Below, piece after piece: positions 7,501 through 15,665 of a DNA stretch of 19,375 nucleotides; the stretch's first letter is position 1; each line of letters begins with the position of its first letter. The position numbers were made by a program, and so were the translations under genes. The DNA lies in the NCBI GenBank assembly GCA_039803745.1, contig JBDRZD010000035.1, positions 1 through 19,375 on the forward strand, given 5' to 3'. The notes below the pieces were generated by a model. It made no database searches and was not told the origin of the DNA. It saw only the letters and a program-made list of their open reading frames with translations. Source of the stretch: a candidate division WOR-3 bacterium (GTDB taxonomy: Bacteria > Hydrothermota > Hydrothermia > Hydrothermales > Hydrothermaceae).

Positions 7501-9900
7501 TAAATTACCATACTTATCTCTCCAGAAGGTATGCTCGCTCATTGAGTTAGCAAGGTCTATACCAAGTATCCCCTCATCACCCTTTACTATTATTTCAACG
7601 TATTCATATTTTGAGAAATTAAATCCTGTAGGTGAAATTAATGTATGTAAAGAAGCCCATTCATCAGGTTGATTTTCTAAAGGTCTATAAATGATTTGCA
7701 TTACATCTATGAGGTCATCCCTTTCTTCTTTTGGAAGATTTGGATTTATATCACCCTTTTTGAACAAATTATTCCTTGTTGTCCATATTATCTTTTTGCA
7801 TAAATTTTTAATTAACTTTCCAGGTGGAGGTGAGCCTCTCTGCCAGTAAAGATATGAAGAGGGAAATTCAAAAGATTCTTCTACTCCTTCCATATCATCA
7901 AGTAATGCAGAGCCATAAATATTTGGATTTGGAAAAGATTGATTATATACAAGATTAAACCTAACATTAGATTCTTTTTCAGTTTTTACAATTGGCAATG
8001 CATCACATAGTTTTGTTAAAAAATATGGATTTGCCTGTGTTTTTAAATTCATCGTATACTGTCCCATCCTTACAGGTTCTTCTCCAAGTCTGGGTCTTCT
8101 ATCAATACTTGATTCCATTCTTGTAACAAATATATTTTCAAGACTTAAGTTTTTGCCCATCTCATAGGTTGATTTAAATCCTATTAAACTTCTCTGCTTA
8201 AGTTGAAAAATCTGTCCTATTTCATAATTTATTCTGAGTTCCTTTGTTAATTCCCTGTAATAAGCAGGATTTAAAATTAGGAGTTCGCCAGTTTCATAAT
8301 CTAATTGGTAATCTTTACCCTGTGTCCATTTTTCATCTCCAAAATAGATTTCTTCTGAACCCGGCAAAATTCCATAATCAAGTTGAATCTTTTCTTCCCT
8401 TCTTTGTGCTTTAAAAATAATTTTATATTTTCCATAATCGGGATGCTGATCATAATCTTCCTGTGAATAGTAATAAATTGTTGTATCTTTCAAAGTTAAA
8501 GAATCAAACATAAAAGGAAATTCTTGGGGGAAAATAAGATAGGGGATCTGAATCGGTCTAAAATTATTTGGTAATAATGGATCAATTTGTCCATCATTAT
8601 CATAATCAAGATTGAGAATTTTTACAATTCTTTTTCCATTCTCATCATAAGGAAGAAGTCGTCCTGTAGTAACTCTATAAATCTCAATATATTGAACATT
8701 TGAACCAATATAATAAACATTCCTTAACTCGTTCCACCATGTCGGATCATTCTTATTCCTTATCCCTCTTTTTCTTATGAGTAAAAGAGTATCGGGCTTT
8801 GTTGTATCTCCACTAAATGAGCCAACTTTAAATCCTGTTTTTGTTATGTAAGCAACTGCAAGTTGTTTGTTTCCCTCAATTACTATATCTTTAAGTCCTA
8901 TTATGTTCTTGTATCCGCTCACATAGTACCAGTCTGTTTCATAATTAAGCATTTTAAAATAAGAAAGGGTATCAATAAAAGAATGCTGATTTTGGGGATT
9001 TAAAAACAAGCAGGCTCTCTTTTTACCCACTAAATTATAATTATCAGCATCATCATAGAATACCCATAATGTTTCAATTTCCTCATTTTGTGGAACCGGT
9101 ATTTTAAAGAAAACACCCCTTACAAATTCATAATCAGAGAGAGTATCTTCCTTTGTAAAAGTAGGACTCTTTGTAATCTTTTTAGCCTGTCCCTGCTCCC
9201 TTGAAAGAATACCTTCAAAGGAAGTAGGTCCAAGTTGAAAAACACCCCTTATCCCAAAAAGACCCTTACCACCCGCACCCTGGGAAGAACCCAAATTAAA
9301 TTGAGTATTTCCAGCCTCTATGAGTTTTATAATTTCATCTTCATCACCTTGATATTGTAATTTTACTGTATTTTTATATTGAGCCTCCCTTTCTGAATCA
9401 TGGTCAAGGTTAACCTTTATCTTATTTCCAATTGTTCCAAGAGCGTTTACTCTTAATTTCTGATTCATCTCAGGATGGGGTAAATTTGATGTCTCTGTTA
9501 TTGCTGGATTTCTATAAAGGTCTTTTGTAATGCCAAAGGAAATATCCTGGGAACCTGAAATCTTTATGCTTGCACCTTCACCTATTCCTAAAACTTTTGG
9601 AATAGGAATTGGAATATCAATTTCTGGAATAAGGCCACCTGTCTCTTCAAGCTTTTTCTTAAAGACACTATCCCTTATACTTTTGTAAACAACATCCTTT
9701 TCAATTTTTTCTTCTCTTTCTTCCTTTATCTCTTCAATATTTTTTATTTCTATTTCATGAATGAATTCATTTGCACCTTTATATTTTACATAAAATTCTT
9801 CAAAGAAAATATTTGATGAATCTCTTATATATTGAGAAAGCAATCTATTTTCAAGAGAATCCTGAATCCATAGACTTATAAAAAATATTAAAAAATTCAT
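4507..9900 (-). CDS. sprA: SprA/Sov-like large outer-membrane beta-barrel (type IX secretion system translocon homologue)
   Basis: SprA-family-like segments GTIGNKIKVNLDHDSE...NTVKLQYQGDEDEIIKLIEAGN, GLFGI...QLG, ILPGSEEI...GKDYQLDYETGEL, RPRLGEEP, LLDDMEG, DTEDKNNNGQLD, GEVWIDEFRV; a long C-terminal region with alternating hydrophobic beta-strand pattern; terminal Phe (GASFRF). Recognised from memory of the family, not from a search. Confidence 0.85.
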   Translation of the reverse strand: MNFLIFFISLWIQDSLENRLLSQYIRDSSNIFFEEFYVKYKGANEFIHEIEIKNIEEIKEEREEKIEKDVVYKSIRDSVFKKKLEETGGLIPEIDIPIPIPKVLGIGEGASIKISGSQDISFGITKDLYRNPAITETSNLPHPEMNQKLRVNALGTIGNKIKVNLDHDSEREAQYKNTVKLQYQGDEDEIIKLIEAGNTQFNLGSSQGAGGKGLFGIRGVFQLGPTSFEGILSREQGQAKKITKSPTFTKEDTLSDYEFVRGVFFKIPVPQNEEIETLWVFYDDADNYNLVGKKRACLFLNPQNQHSFIDTLSYFKMLNYETDWYYVSGYKNIIGLKDIVIEGNKQLAVAYITKTGFKVGSFSGDTTKPDTLLLIRKRGIRNKNDPTWWNELRNVYYIGSNVQYIEIYRVTTGRLLPYDENGKRIVKILNLDYDNDGQIDPLLPNNFRPIQIPYLIFPQEFPFMFDSLTLKDTTIYYYSQEDYDQHPDYGKYKIIFKAQRREEKIQLDYGILPGSEEIYFGDEKWTQGKDYQLDYETGELLILNPAYYRELTKELRINYEIGQIFQLKQRSLIGFKSTYEMGKNLSLENIFVTRMESSIDRRPRLGEEPVRMGQYTMNLKTQANPYFLTKLCDALPIVKTEKESNVRFNLVYNQSFPNPNIYGSALLDDMEGVEESFEFPSSYLYWQRGSPPPGKLIKNLCKKIIWTTRNNLFKKGDINPNLPKEERDDLIDVMQIIYRPLENQPDEWASLHTLISPTGFNFSKYEYVEIIVKGDEGILGIDLANSMSEHTFWRDKYGNLKGDSLKRDTEDKNNNGQLDPDEDTGLDGIKGRDSESKPGDDGNDDYDLDNIEKINGTENNTKLDEEDLDRDGRIDEPDNLFEYVIDLKNDTTYYYKSPAGFKIYRIYLNDTLRCKRIGNPDLSRIKFGRIWISNLTSEDTIYIASIKIVGNRYIKDGIFMAGPKKIPVDTLNEKFYVTTYNNKEHSFYEPPPMKFYKDPMTGAIEREASLVLKFENLKNTHFAKATRVSYRSENIINSYNKIKLWVRVDKLNLSSLKYFIVRFYSGVDTLNYYEYREALPKGLWVNIEIDPLKFINTKSKRPADKINFLYQNPDYPSYFVKGNPNLQAVSKYSFGILNLSGEEITGEVWIDEFRVSEPFKESRYRVETSLNGNFADLLNYSLRYENFQAGFRDLNYSPGSFSALSTHYLYDISTTLYLNKFIPAEGFNIPLSIGYKRTYELPKYMPASDIILTPGESRLNKTDRLEKSFAIDFSKSGSKNKILQYTIDKISLNLRKMENYKKDPLTLDTLRNFSSRASYSLPIIFSGFKFLGQEINPFPTNLNTSLDYSSSIQRVYTFRDSSYMKDRSMKNLILNPSEGISFRPLRSTDLSFSSSQKYDLRRESVRGRWWGEMGSFSQNFSLNYRPTLPYIFREFINSFSSGYNSNFNSTRNTNVSDSIVKIPWDNVSSSSSYNFSSSLDFVKIIDKIISFTKKEAKEGFKFLKNINPFNLSYTKSFQSSYYSLRKLPDYYYRFGFTHKIPFDSTSPYSLSNNIVENETKSVSTGFDFELLSIDLKYETGDRITRPFNSPPSKTHRIQFPSIDLTVSAIHMKFEGLKKYLSSLNFQSGYTKEIEKTRSFTSLNINESNNFSPLLSFQGRLRNGVGFNLSYNLNKRTGRSITQTASYSSNSETRTFSGSFEFSYSNPKGIRLPFSKTSILKLKSQLNVNLRFSLSETKSAAGNRIDHRSSTNFNIDLNYALTKDITGAGSIEYIKYLDKRTGIGSGHFKILVGASFRF

Positions 9901-10379
9901 CTTTTATCAAAAAAAATGGATATTAAAAATAAAATTATTATTCCTATTGTTATAGATGAATCAGCAATATTAAAGATTGGCCATCTCAAATTTTCGGAAA
10001 TTCCAATATCTATGAAATCAATAACTGCTTTAAATCTCAATCTATCAATAAGGTTTCCGATTGCACCGCCAAATAAAAGGGAATAGGGAATTATATAAAT
10101 TTTTTTCTTTTCAAAAATCAAAAAAAGAATCAAAATTAAAATTATAATAAGAGCAATAACCTCATAGGGGAACCATTTTGGGAAAGAAATTCCCCATACT
10201 CCAAAGGGATTTTTTATGTATGTAATCCATATATAATTCCCCATAATTTTTAGAGGCTCTCCATAAGGCAATTTTTTTGCCACTATATATTTTAAAATCT
10301 GGTCAATAAAAATTACAAATAAACTGATTGTGAAGAAAATAAAAAACTTATTCTTTAATAAACCCTTCTCTTTTTTCAA
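9897..10379 (-). CDS. lspA: Lipoprotein signal peptidase II
   Basis: DQILK, NPFGVWG, GGAIGNLIDR, VIDFI, WPIFNIAD (catalytic Asp motifs); four hydrophobic helices; TTG start; ATGA overlap with sprA. Confidence 0.96.
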   Translation of the reverse strand: MKKEKGLLKNKFFIFFTISLFVIFIDQILKYIVAKKLPYGEPLKIMGNYIWITYIKNPFGVWGISFPKWFPYEVIALIIILILILFLIFEKKKIYIIPYSLLFGGAIGNLIDRLRFKAVIDFIDIGISENLRWPIFNIADSSITIGIIILFLISIFFDKR

Positions 10380-10731
10380 TTTCTTCCTGACATTTTATAC
10401 AATACCTTGCATATGGAACAGCCCTCAATCTTGAAACTTCAATATTTTTATTACATCTAAGACATACCCCATATTCTCCTCTTTCAATTCTCATAAGGGC
10501 ATCTTCAACTTCTTTGAGGCGTCTATGAGCGCTTGAAGCAAAAATTGAGATCTCCTCTGTGAATTCTTCATTGGATGCCATATCTGCCAAGTGATAAGAG
10601 AATTTCCTGTCACCTGTTTTTTCAAAAATATTTTCTTTAAGTTTTTCCTCTGATTTTCTTAAAATTTTAAGTAGCTTTTCTCTTTCAAGTAAAAGTTTCT
10701 TTTTTAAGGCATTTAAAGTCCTCTCATTCAC
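10348..10731 (-). CDS. DksA/TraR family C4 zinc-finger transcription factor
   Basis: Coiled-coil hairpin, ALMRIERGEYGVCLRC...I...RLRAVPYARYCIKC; tip motif HLADMA; GTG start overlapping the ileS stop. Confidence 0.92.
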   Translation of the reverse strand: MNERTLNALKKKLLLEREKLLKILRKSEEKLKENIFEKTGDRKFSYHLADMASNEEFTEEISIFASSAHRRLKEVEDALMRIERGEYGVCLRCNKNIEVSRLRAVPYARYCIKCQEEIEKREGFIKE

Positions 10732-13522
10732 TTTCCCCCCTTATTTTTTTTATAATTTCATAACATCTTGGACATAGGGCATCAAAATCTTCATCCTTTT
10801 TTAAATTTTCAGAATACATCCAACACCTTATACATTTACTTCCTTTTGCTCTTTTAACAAAAACTTCAATTTTTAAATTTTCATCATAAAGATTCTCCTC
10901 AAAATTAGAAGGTTTTTCAAAGAATACATCAGATACAATAAATATTTCTTTTAAATATTCCTTATATTTTAAAAGAATGTCAATTTCTCCATCAAAATAT
11001 AAGTTTGCTTCAAGGGAGCTCCCTATGATTCCCTTTTGTCTTACATTCTCCAATGCTTTTAAAACTACATCCCTTATATTTTTAATTTTTTCAAAATCAT
11101 TAAATATCTCTTCATCATAAAAATCATAATCCTTTATCTCTTCAAAAAATATGCTCTTTTCTTTTTTACCTGGTATCTTTAAGTATGCTTCTTCGCATGT
11201 AAAACTTAAAATAGGTGAGCCAAAAATAAGGAGTTCCTTTAAAATTATGTAAAGGGCAGTTTGGGCGCTCCTTCTTTCAATTCCCTTTGAATAGGAAACA
11301 TATAATCTATCCTTCAATGCATCAAGATAAAAAGAGGATAAAGTGTCTGAACAGAATGTGTAATAATCTTTAAAGAATTTATGAAATTCAAAATTTTTAT
11401 AGTTTTTTATCCATTCTTCCCTTTTTATTTTAAGTAAAGACAATATGTATTTATCAAAGGGAAGCATTTTTTCAAAATGGACTTTATCTTTTTCTGGATC
11501 AAAATCATAAATATTTCCAAGTATAAATCTGAATGTATTTCTTATCTTTCTGTATATCTCCACATTCCTATTTAAAATCTCATCAGATAATCTCACATCC
11601 TGAGTATACTCTGAAGAGGCAGCCCATATTCTAAGGATTTCGGCTCCATATTTATTACATACTTCAATTGGGTCAATAACATTTCCTAAGGATTTATGCA
11701 TTGCCCTTCCTTCCGCATCAAGTGTCCATCCATGAGTTATACATATTTTATAAGGGCTTTTTTCTCTAAGTGCCATACTTAAAACAAGGCTTGCATTAAA
11801 CCATCCCCTATGCTGATCAGGCCCTTCAATATAGACATCAGATGGCCAGGGAAGATTTCTTTCTTTTAAAACTATAAGACTTGTTAATCCTGAATCAATC
11901 CATACATCAAGAATATCAAACTCCTTTTCAAATTCTCTTGAATTACATTTTTCGCATCTTATATCTTGAGTTAAAAATTCACTCAAATCATGATTTAACC
12001 AGGCATCACATGTTTCTTTTTCAACCTTTTCAGAAAGTCTTTCAATAACCTGAGCATTTAAAAATACATTGCTACATCTTTTACATCTTAAAGCAGGAAT
12101 AAATACTCCCCATGCTCTCTGCCTTGAAATACACCAATCAGGTCTTTCAGCAACTGCCGCAGTTATCCTGTTTATACTGCTTTCAGGAACCCATTTTATC
12201 TTTTCTATTTCAGAAAGTGCTCTTTTTCTTAAATCTAAATGTTCAAGGGAAAGAAACCACTGGGAAGTTGCCTTGAATATAAGCGGGTTCTTACATCTCC
12301 AGCAATGGGGGTAACTATGAATAATTTTTGAATATTTTAAAAGTTTATTTTTCTCTTTTAATATCTCAATAACTTTCAAAGAAGCCTCTTCAACTGAAAG
12401 CCCTTTAAAAATTTCTCCTGCTTCATGAGTAAATCTTCCACTGTCATCAATTGGAGATAAAATGGGAAGATTGTATTTAACTCCTACTTCAAAATCCTCC
12501 TTACCATGCCCCGGAGCAATATGAACAACACCTGAGCCAACCAATTCAGTCACAAAATCTGCAAGGATACCCTTTGAAATTCTTTCAAAAAAGGGATGCA
12601 GGAATTCTTTATTTTCAAATATCTCCCCTTTTTCCCTTTTTAAAATTTTTATATCTTTAAAAGAAAGTTCTTCTTTAACCCTTTCAAATGCTTTTTCTGC
12701 AAGAATAAACTTTCTTCCATTTACTTCAATCTCCAAGTAATAAAAATCTGGATTAAAGGCAAGTGCTAAATTTGATATTATTGTCCATGGTGTTGTTGTC
12801 CAAATAAGTACTTCTGTATTCTCATCAAAGGGAAAATTTTGTCCTTTTTTAAAATTCATTGTAAAATAAATAGAAGGAGATTCCTTATCTTTATATTCAA
12901 TTTCAGCCATTGCAAGAGGTGTATGGCAATAAGAACAAAAATGAACTGGCATAAAACTTCTATAAATATATCCCTTTCTAATCAGTTCAGCAAATAACCT
13001 TAACTCCTCTGCCTCATATTTTGGATCCATTGTTAAATAAGGATTATCCCATTCGCCTATGCATAAAAGCCTTTTAAATTCCTCTTTCTGCACCTCTGTC
13101 CATTTCCTTGCATACTCTCTACTTTTCTCCCTTATAATTCTTTTAATTTCTGGTTTTTTCAAATTCTCGGGATCCTTAACAAGTTCATAAAGTTCTTCAT
13201 TTTCCTGGATTACTTTATTTTCAATTGGCATTCCATGGTTATCCCAACCTGGTATATAAGGAGATTTATATCCTTTAATAAAATAAAATTTTACAATAAT
13301 ATCTTTTAGAATTTTATTAATTGCTGTTCCTAAATGTATATGCTCATTTGAATAAGGAGGACCATCATGCAAAATGAAAATGCCTTTATTTTTTCTTTCG
13401 AGTAATTCATAATATATCCTTTCTTTATCCCAATATTCTATTATTTCTTTTTCCCTTTTTGAAAGATTCGCTTTCATTGAAAAATCTGTCTTTGGTAAAT
13501 TGAGTGTATCCCTTATCTCCAT
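10724..13522 (-). CDS. ileS: Isoleucyl-tRNA synthetase (type 1, C-terminal Zn finger)
   Basis: LNLPKTDFSMKANL, LHDGPPY, PGWDNHGMPIE, editing domain WTTTPWT and GVVHIAPGHG, DWCISRQRAWG, EGPDQHRGWF, C-terminal KCIRCW...LCPRC. Confidence 0.98.
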   Translation of the reverse strand: MEIRDTLNLPKTDFSMKANLSKREKEIIEYWDKERIYYELLERKNKGIFILHDGPPYSNEHIHLGTAINKILKDIIVKFYFIKGYKSPYIPGWDNHGMPIENKVIQENEELYELVKDPENLKKPEIKRIIREKSREYARKWTEVQKEEFKRLLCIGEWDNPYLTMDPKYEAEELRLFAELIRKGYIYRSFMPVHFCSYCHTPLAMAEIEYKDKESPSIYFTMNFKKGQNFPFDENTEVLIWTTTPWTIISNLALAFNPDFYYLEIEVNGRKFILAEKAFERVKEELSFKDIKILKREKGEIFENKEFLHPFFERISKGILADFVTELVGSGVVHIAPGHGKEDFEVGVKYNLPILSPIDDSGRFTHEAGEIFKGLSVEEASLKVIEILKEKNKLLKYSKIIHSYPHCWRCKNPLIFKATSQWFLSLEHLDLRKRALSEIEKIKWVPESSINRITAAVAERPDWCISRQRAWGVFIPALRCKRCSNVFLNAQVIERLSEKVEKETCDAWLNHDLSEFLTQDIRCEKCNSREFEKEFDILDVWIDSGLTSLIVLKERNLPWPSDVYIEGPDQHRGWFNASLVLSMALREKSPYKICITHGWTLDAEGRAMHKSLGNVIDPIEVCNKYGAEILRIWAASSEYTQDVRLSDEILNRNVEIYRKIRNTFRFILGNIYDFDPEKDKVHFEKMLPFDKYILSLLKIKREEWIKNYKNFEFHKFFKDYYTFCSDTLSSFYLDALKDRLYVSYSKGIERRSAQTALYIILKELLIFGSPILSFTCEEAYLKIPGKKEKSIFFEEIKDYDFYDEEIFNDFEKIKNIRDVVLKALENVRQKGIIGSSLEANLYFDGEIDILLKYKEYLKEIFIVSDVFFEKPSNFEENLYDENLKIEVFVKRAKGSKCIRCWMYSENLKKDEDFDALCPRCYEIIKKIRGESE

Positions 13523-14221
13523 CTAATCCTCCTTTTCAACCATATTTAAATAAGTCTTTATTTTTATATCATCAGGATATTCTTCTAAAAGACTTTTCCA
13601 TATCTTTTTTGCCTTATTTTTCTCACCCTTTTTATAATAAACAAGACCAAGAAGTGTAAAAGCCATTTTATATTTTGGATTTGAATTGAGCACTTCTTTT
13701 AAAATTTTTTCTGCTTCCTTATATTCTTTTTTTTGAATTAAACAATTAGCAAGTAAAGTTTTAATATCAAGGAATCCGGGTGCTATCTGAAGCGCCTTTT
13801 TAAATTCTTCTTCAGCCTTCTCATACTCTCCTATTTCAAGATATGTTTCTCCGAGTTTTTTATAAGTGTTGGCAAGATTATTTCTTATAGTCTGTGGAAT
13901 TCCACCGCTTCCTTTTTCAAGTAAGACTGCTTTTTCATAATATTTTGAAGACTTTTCAAATTCTCCTATATCATTCAAAACAATAGCCATATTTATATTT
14001 GCTTCAATATAATCAGGATTTATTTGAAGAGCCCTTTCATAGCTTCTTATTGCATCTTTAAAAAGACCGAGGCTATAATAACAGAGCCCAAGGAAATTGT
14101 GATAGTCTGCATAATTGGGATGTATCTTTATTGCTTCTTTTAATTTTGGTATTGCTTCCCAAATCCTTCCTTTTTCATAAAGTTTTTTACCCTCATTAAA
14201 AAGTCTTTCTCCTTTATCCAT
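13523..14221 (-). CDS. Tetratricopeptide-repeat protein (~6 TPRs, no signal peptide)
   Basis: Repeated TPR helix pairs (YHNFLGLCYYSLGLFKDAIRSYERALQINP; YKKLGETYLEIGEYEKAEEEFKKALQIAP; FTLLGLVYYKKGEKNKA); its TAG stop directly abuts the ileS ATG. Confidence 0.92.
   Translation of the reverse strand: MDKGERLFNEGKKLYEKGRIWEAIPKLKEAIKIHPNYADYHNFLGLCYYSLGLFKDAIRSYERALQINPDYIEANINMAIVLNDIGEFEKSSKYYEKAVLLEKGSGGIPQTIRNNLANTYKKLGETYLEIGEYEKAEEEFKKALQIAPGFLDIKTLLANCLIQKKEYKEAEKILKEVLNSNPKYKMAFTLLGLVYYKKGEKNKAKKIWKSLLEEYPDDIKIKTYLNMVEKED
13528..13533 (-). promoter_or_regulatory. Shine-Dalgarno site of ileS
   Basis: AGGAGG on the minus strand, 5 nt before the ATG at 13522, inside the 3' end of the TPR gene. 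Confidence 0.75.
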
Positions 14222-14230
14222 AAGTTTTTT

Positions 14231-14260
14231 ATTATATAAAATCTTACCCTTCTATTTCAA
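14231..14260 (-). promoter_or_regulatory. Putative internal sigma70 promoter for TPR-ileS-dksA-lspA-sprA-nadC
   Basis: Minus strand TTGAAA (14260-14255), N18, TATAAT (14236-14231), then 9 nt to ATG 14221; no SD in between. Confidence 0.55.
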
Positions 14261-15665
14261 ATATTCTCCTTGATTTTGGGACCTGGGATTTTAAAACATC
14301 ATTTTGAATTATACCAACACCTAAAGGAAAATCTTTATAAAAAATGACAACCTGCCCTTTTATTTTTGAAGAAATTCTAATATCCTTACCAAGAAGGAAA
14401 TTCTTTGCATCTTCGAAATTTTCTAATTCTACCTTTCTATTTTTTATAAATTTCCCAAAAATCTGAACAAAATTTGTTGTGAGTTTATATCCTTTTGAAT
14501 ATTTTCTTAAAAATCTCATTCCTCTTCTTAAATCAAAGGGATTTATGATTTCTTTAATTTTTTTTGATAAAATCCATATTTCGTCTTTTTTGATATAAAA
14601 CAAAAAATCTTTAAAATTTTCCCTCGCAAGTCCAAATTCATTTTCAAGAAAAATAAATACTTCGTTTATTTCTTTATCATCAATATCAAAAATTTTTCTA
14701 TCATCTTTTAAATAAAATTTCTTTTCTCTTTTAATAGTATCTTTTTTATGTAAAAGAGCAATATAAAAACCTTCTGATAGAATATCCTGAGGATATATTC
14801 TTATTGTTTTTTCAATATCATCTAAAAAAGAAATATCCTTAAATTTTTTGAATCCCTTTCTTGATGGAATTTTTAAATTTTTAATATCAATTATTTCAAG
14901 AGGATAATTTCTTATCATTTCATCTATTAAATATTCATTTTCTTTAATTGAAAGTGTGCATGTTGAATAAACCATCTTCCCTTCTGGTTTCAGGGCTTTT
15001 ATTGCAGATTTAAATATCTCCCTTTGAACTCTATAAAATTTATCTATTTCTCTTGGGTGCCACCATCTTAAAATATCGGGATATTTATCTAATATACCAA
15101 GAGAGGAACAGGGTGGATCAACCATCACTTTATCAAATTCTTCAAAAAAGATATCACCTATCTTTTCACCATCAATTCTTGTCACCATTACATTCAAAAG
15201 CCCAATTCTGTCAATGTTATGGGAAAGTGCTTTCAGCCTTTCTATATTTATATCATTTGCAAGTATAACTCCTTTATTTTTCAAGCAAATACCTGCCTGC
15301 GTGGTCTTTGAACCTGGTGCAGCACATATATCAAGGATTTTTTCTTCCTCTTTTATATCAAGAATTTCTACTGGTATCATTGAAGAAAGACTTTGAATAT
15401 AAAAGAAACCTAAATAATGTTCAATTGTTTTTGATATTTCAAAAGGTTTTTTTATTACTTCAAATGCATATGGAATAAAATCATTTTTTTTTAATTCAAA
15501 TCCCTTTTCATTTAAAATCTTTAAAAGTTTTTGTTCTTCTATTTTTATCAAATTAACCCTTATATGTGTAGGAATTTCTTTTTTTAAAATTTCAAAAAAC
15601 TTATCAAAGTCCTCTTTATTATAAAAAATTTCATAAAGGGTATTGTATATATCCTTTGAGCTCAC
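14244..15665 (-). CDS. RsmB/NOL1/NOP2/Sun-family RNA cytosine-C5 methyltransferase, RsmF-like architecture
   Basis: FYIQSLSSM, ILDICAAPGSKTTQ, DPPCSSLG and YSTCT (both conserved Cys), EGFYIA; C-terminal PUA-like extension; no N-terminal NusB-like domain; GTG start in a GTGA overlap. The RNA target cannot be assigned from sequence. Confidence 0.9.
   Translation of the reverse strand: MSSKDIYNTLYEIFYNKEDFDKFFEILKKEIPTHIRVNLIKIEEQKLLKILNEKGFELKKNDFIPYAFEVIKKPFEISKTIEHYLGFFYIQSLSSMIPVEILDIKEEEKILDICAAPGSKTTQAGICLKNKGVILANDINIERLKALSHNIDRIGLLNVMVTRIDGEKIGDIFFEEFDKVMVDPPCSSLGILDKYPDILRWWHPREIDKFYRVQREIFKSAIKALKPEGKMVYSTCTLSIKENEYLIDEMIRNYPLEIIDIKNLKIPSRKGFKKFKDISFLDDIEKTIRIYPQDILSEGFYIALLHKKDTIKREKKFYLKDDRKIFDIDDKEINEVFIFLENEFGLARENFKDFLFYIKKDEIWILSKKIKEIINPFDLRRGMRFLRKYSKGYKLTTNFVQIFGKFIKNRKVELENFEDAKNFLLGKDIRISSKIKGQVVIFYKDFPLGVGIIQNDVLKSQVPKSRRIFEIEG

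Noticed and set aside
10735..10740. C6 tract (G6 on minus) as a phase-variation site
   Set aside because: Short, at the 3' end of essential ileS, and better explained as the SD-like element for the dksA-like GTG start.
13523..13600. T-box riboswitch upstream of ileS
   Set aside because: There is no leader: the TPR stop codon directly abuts the ileS ATG.
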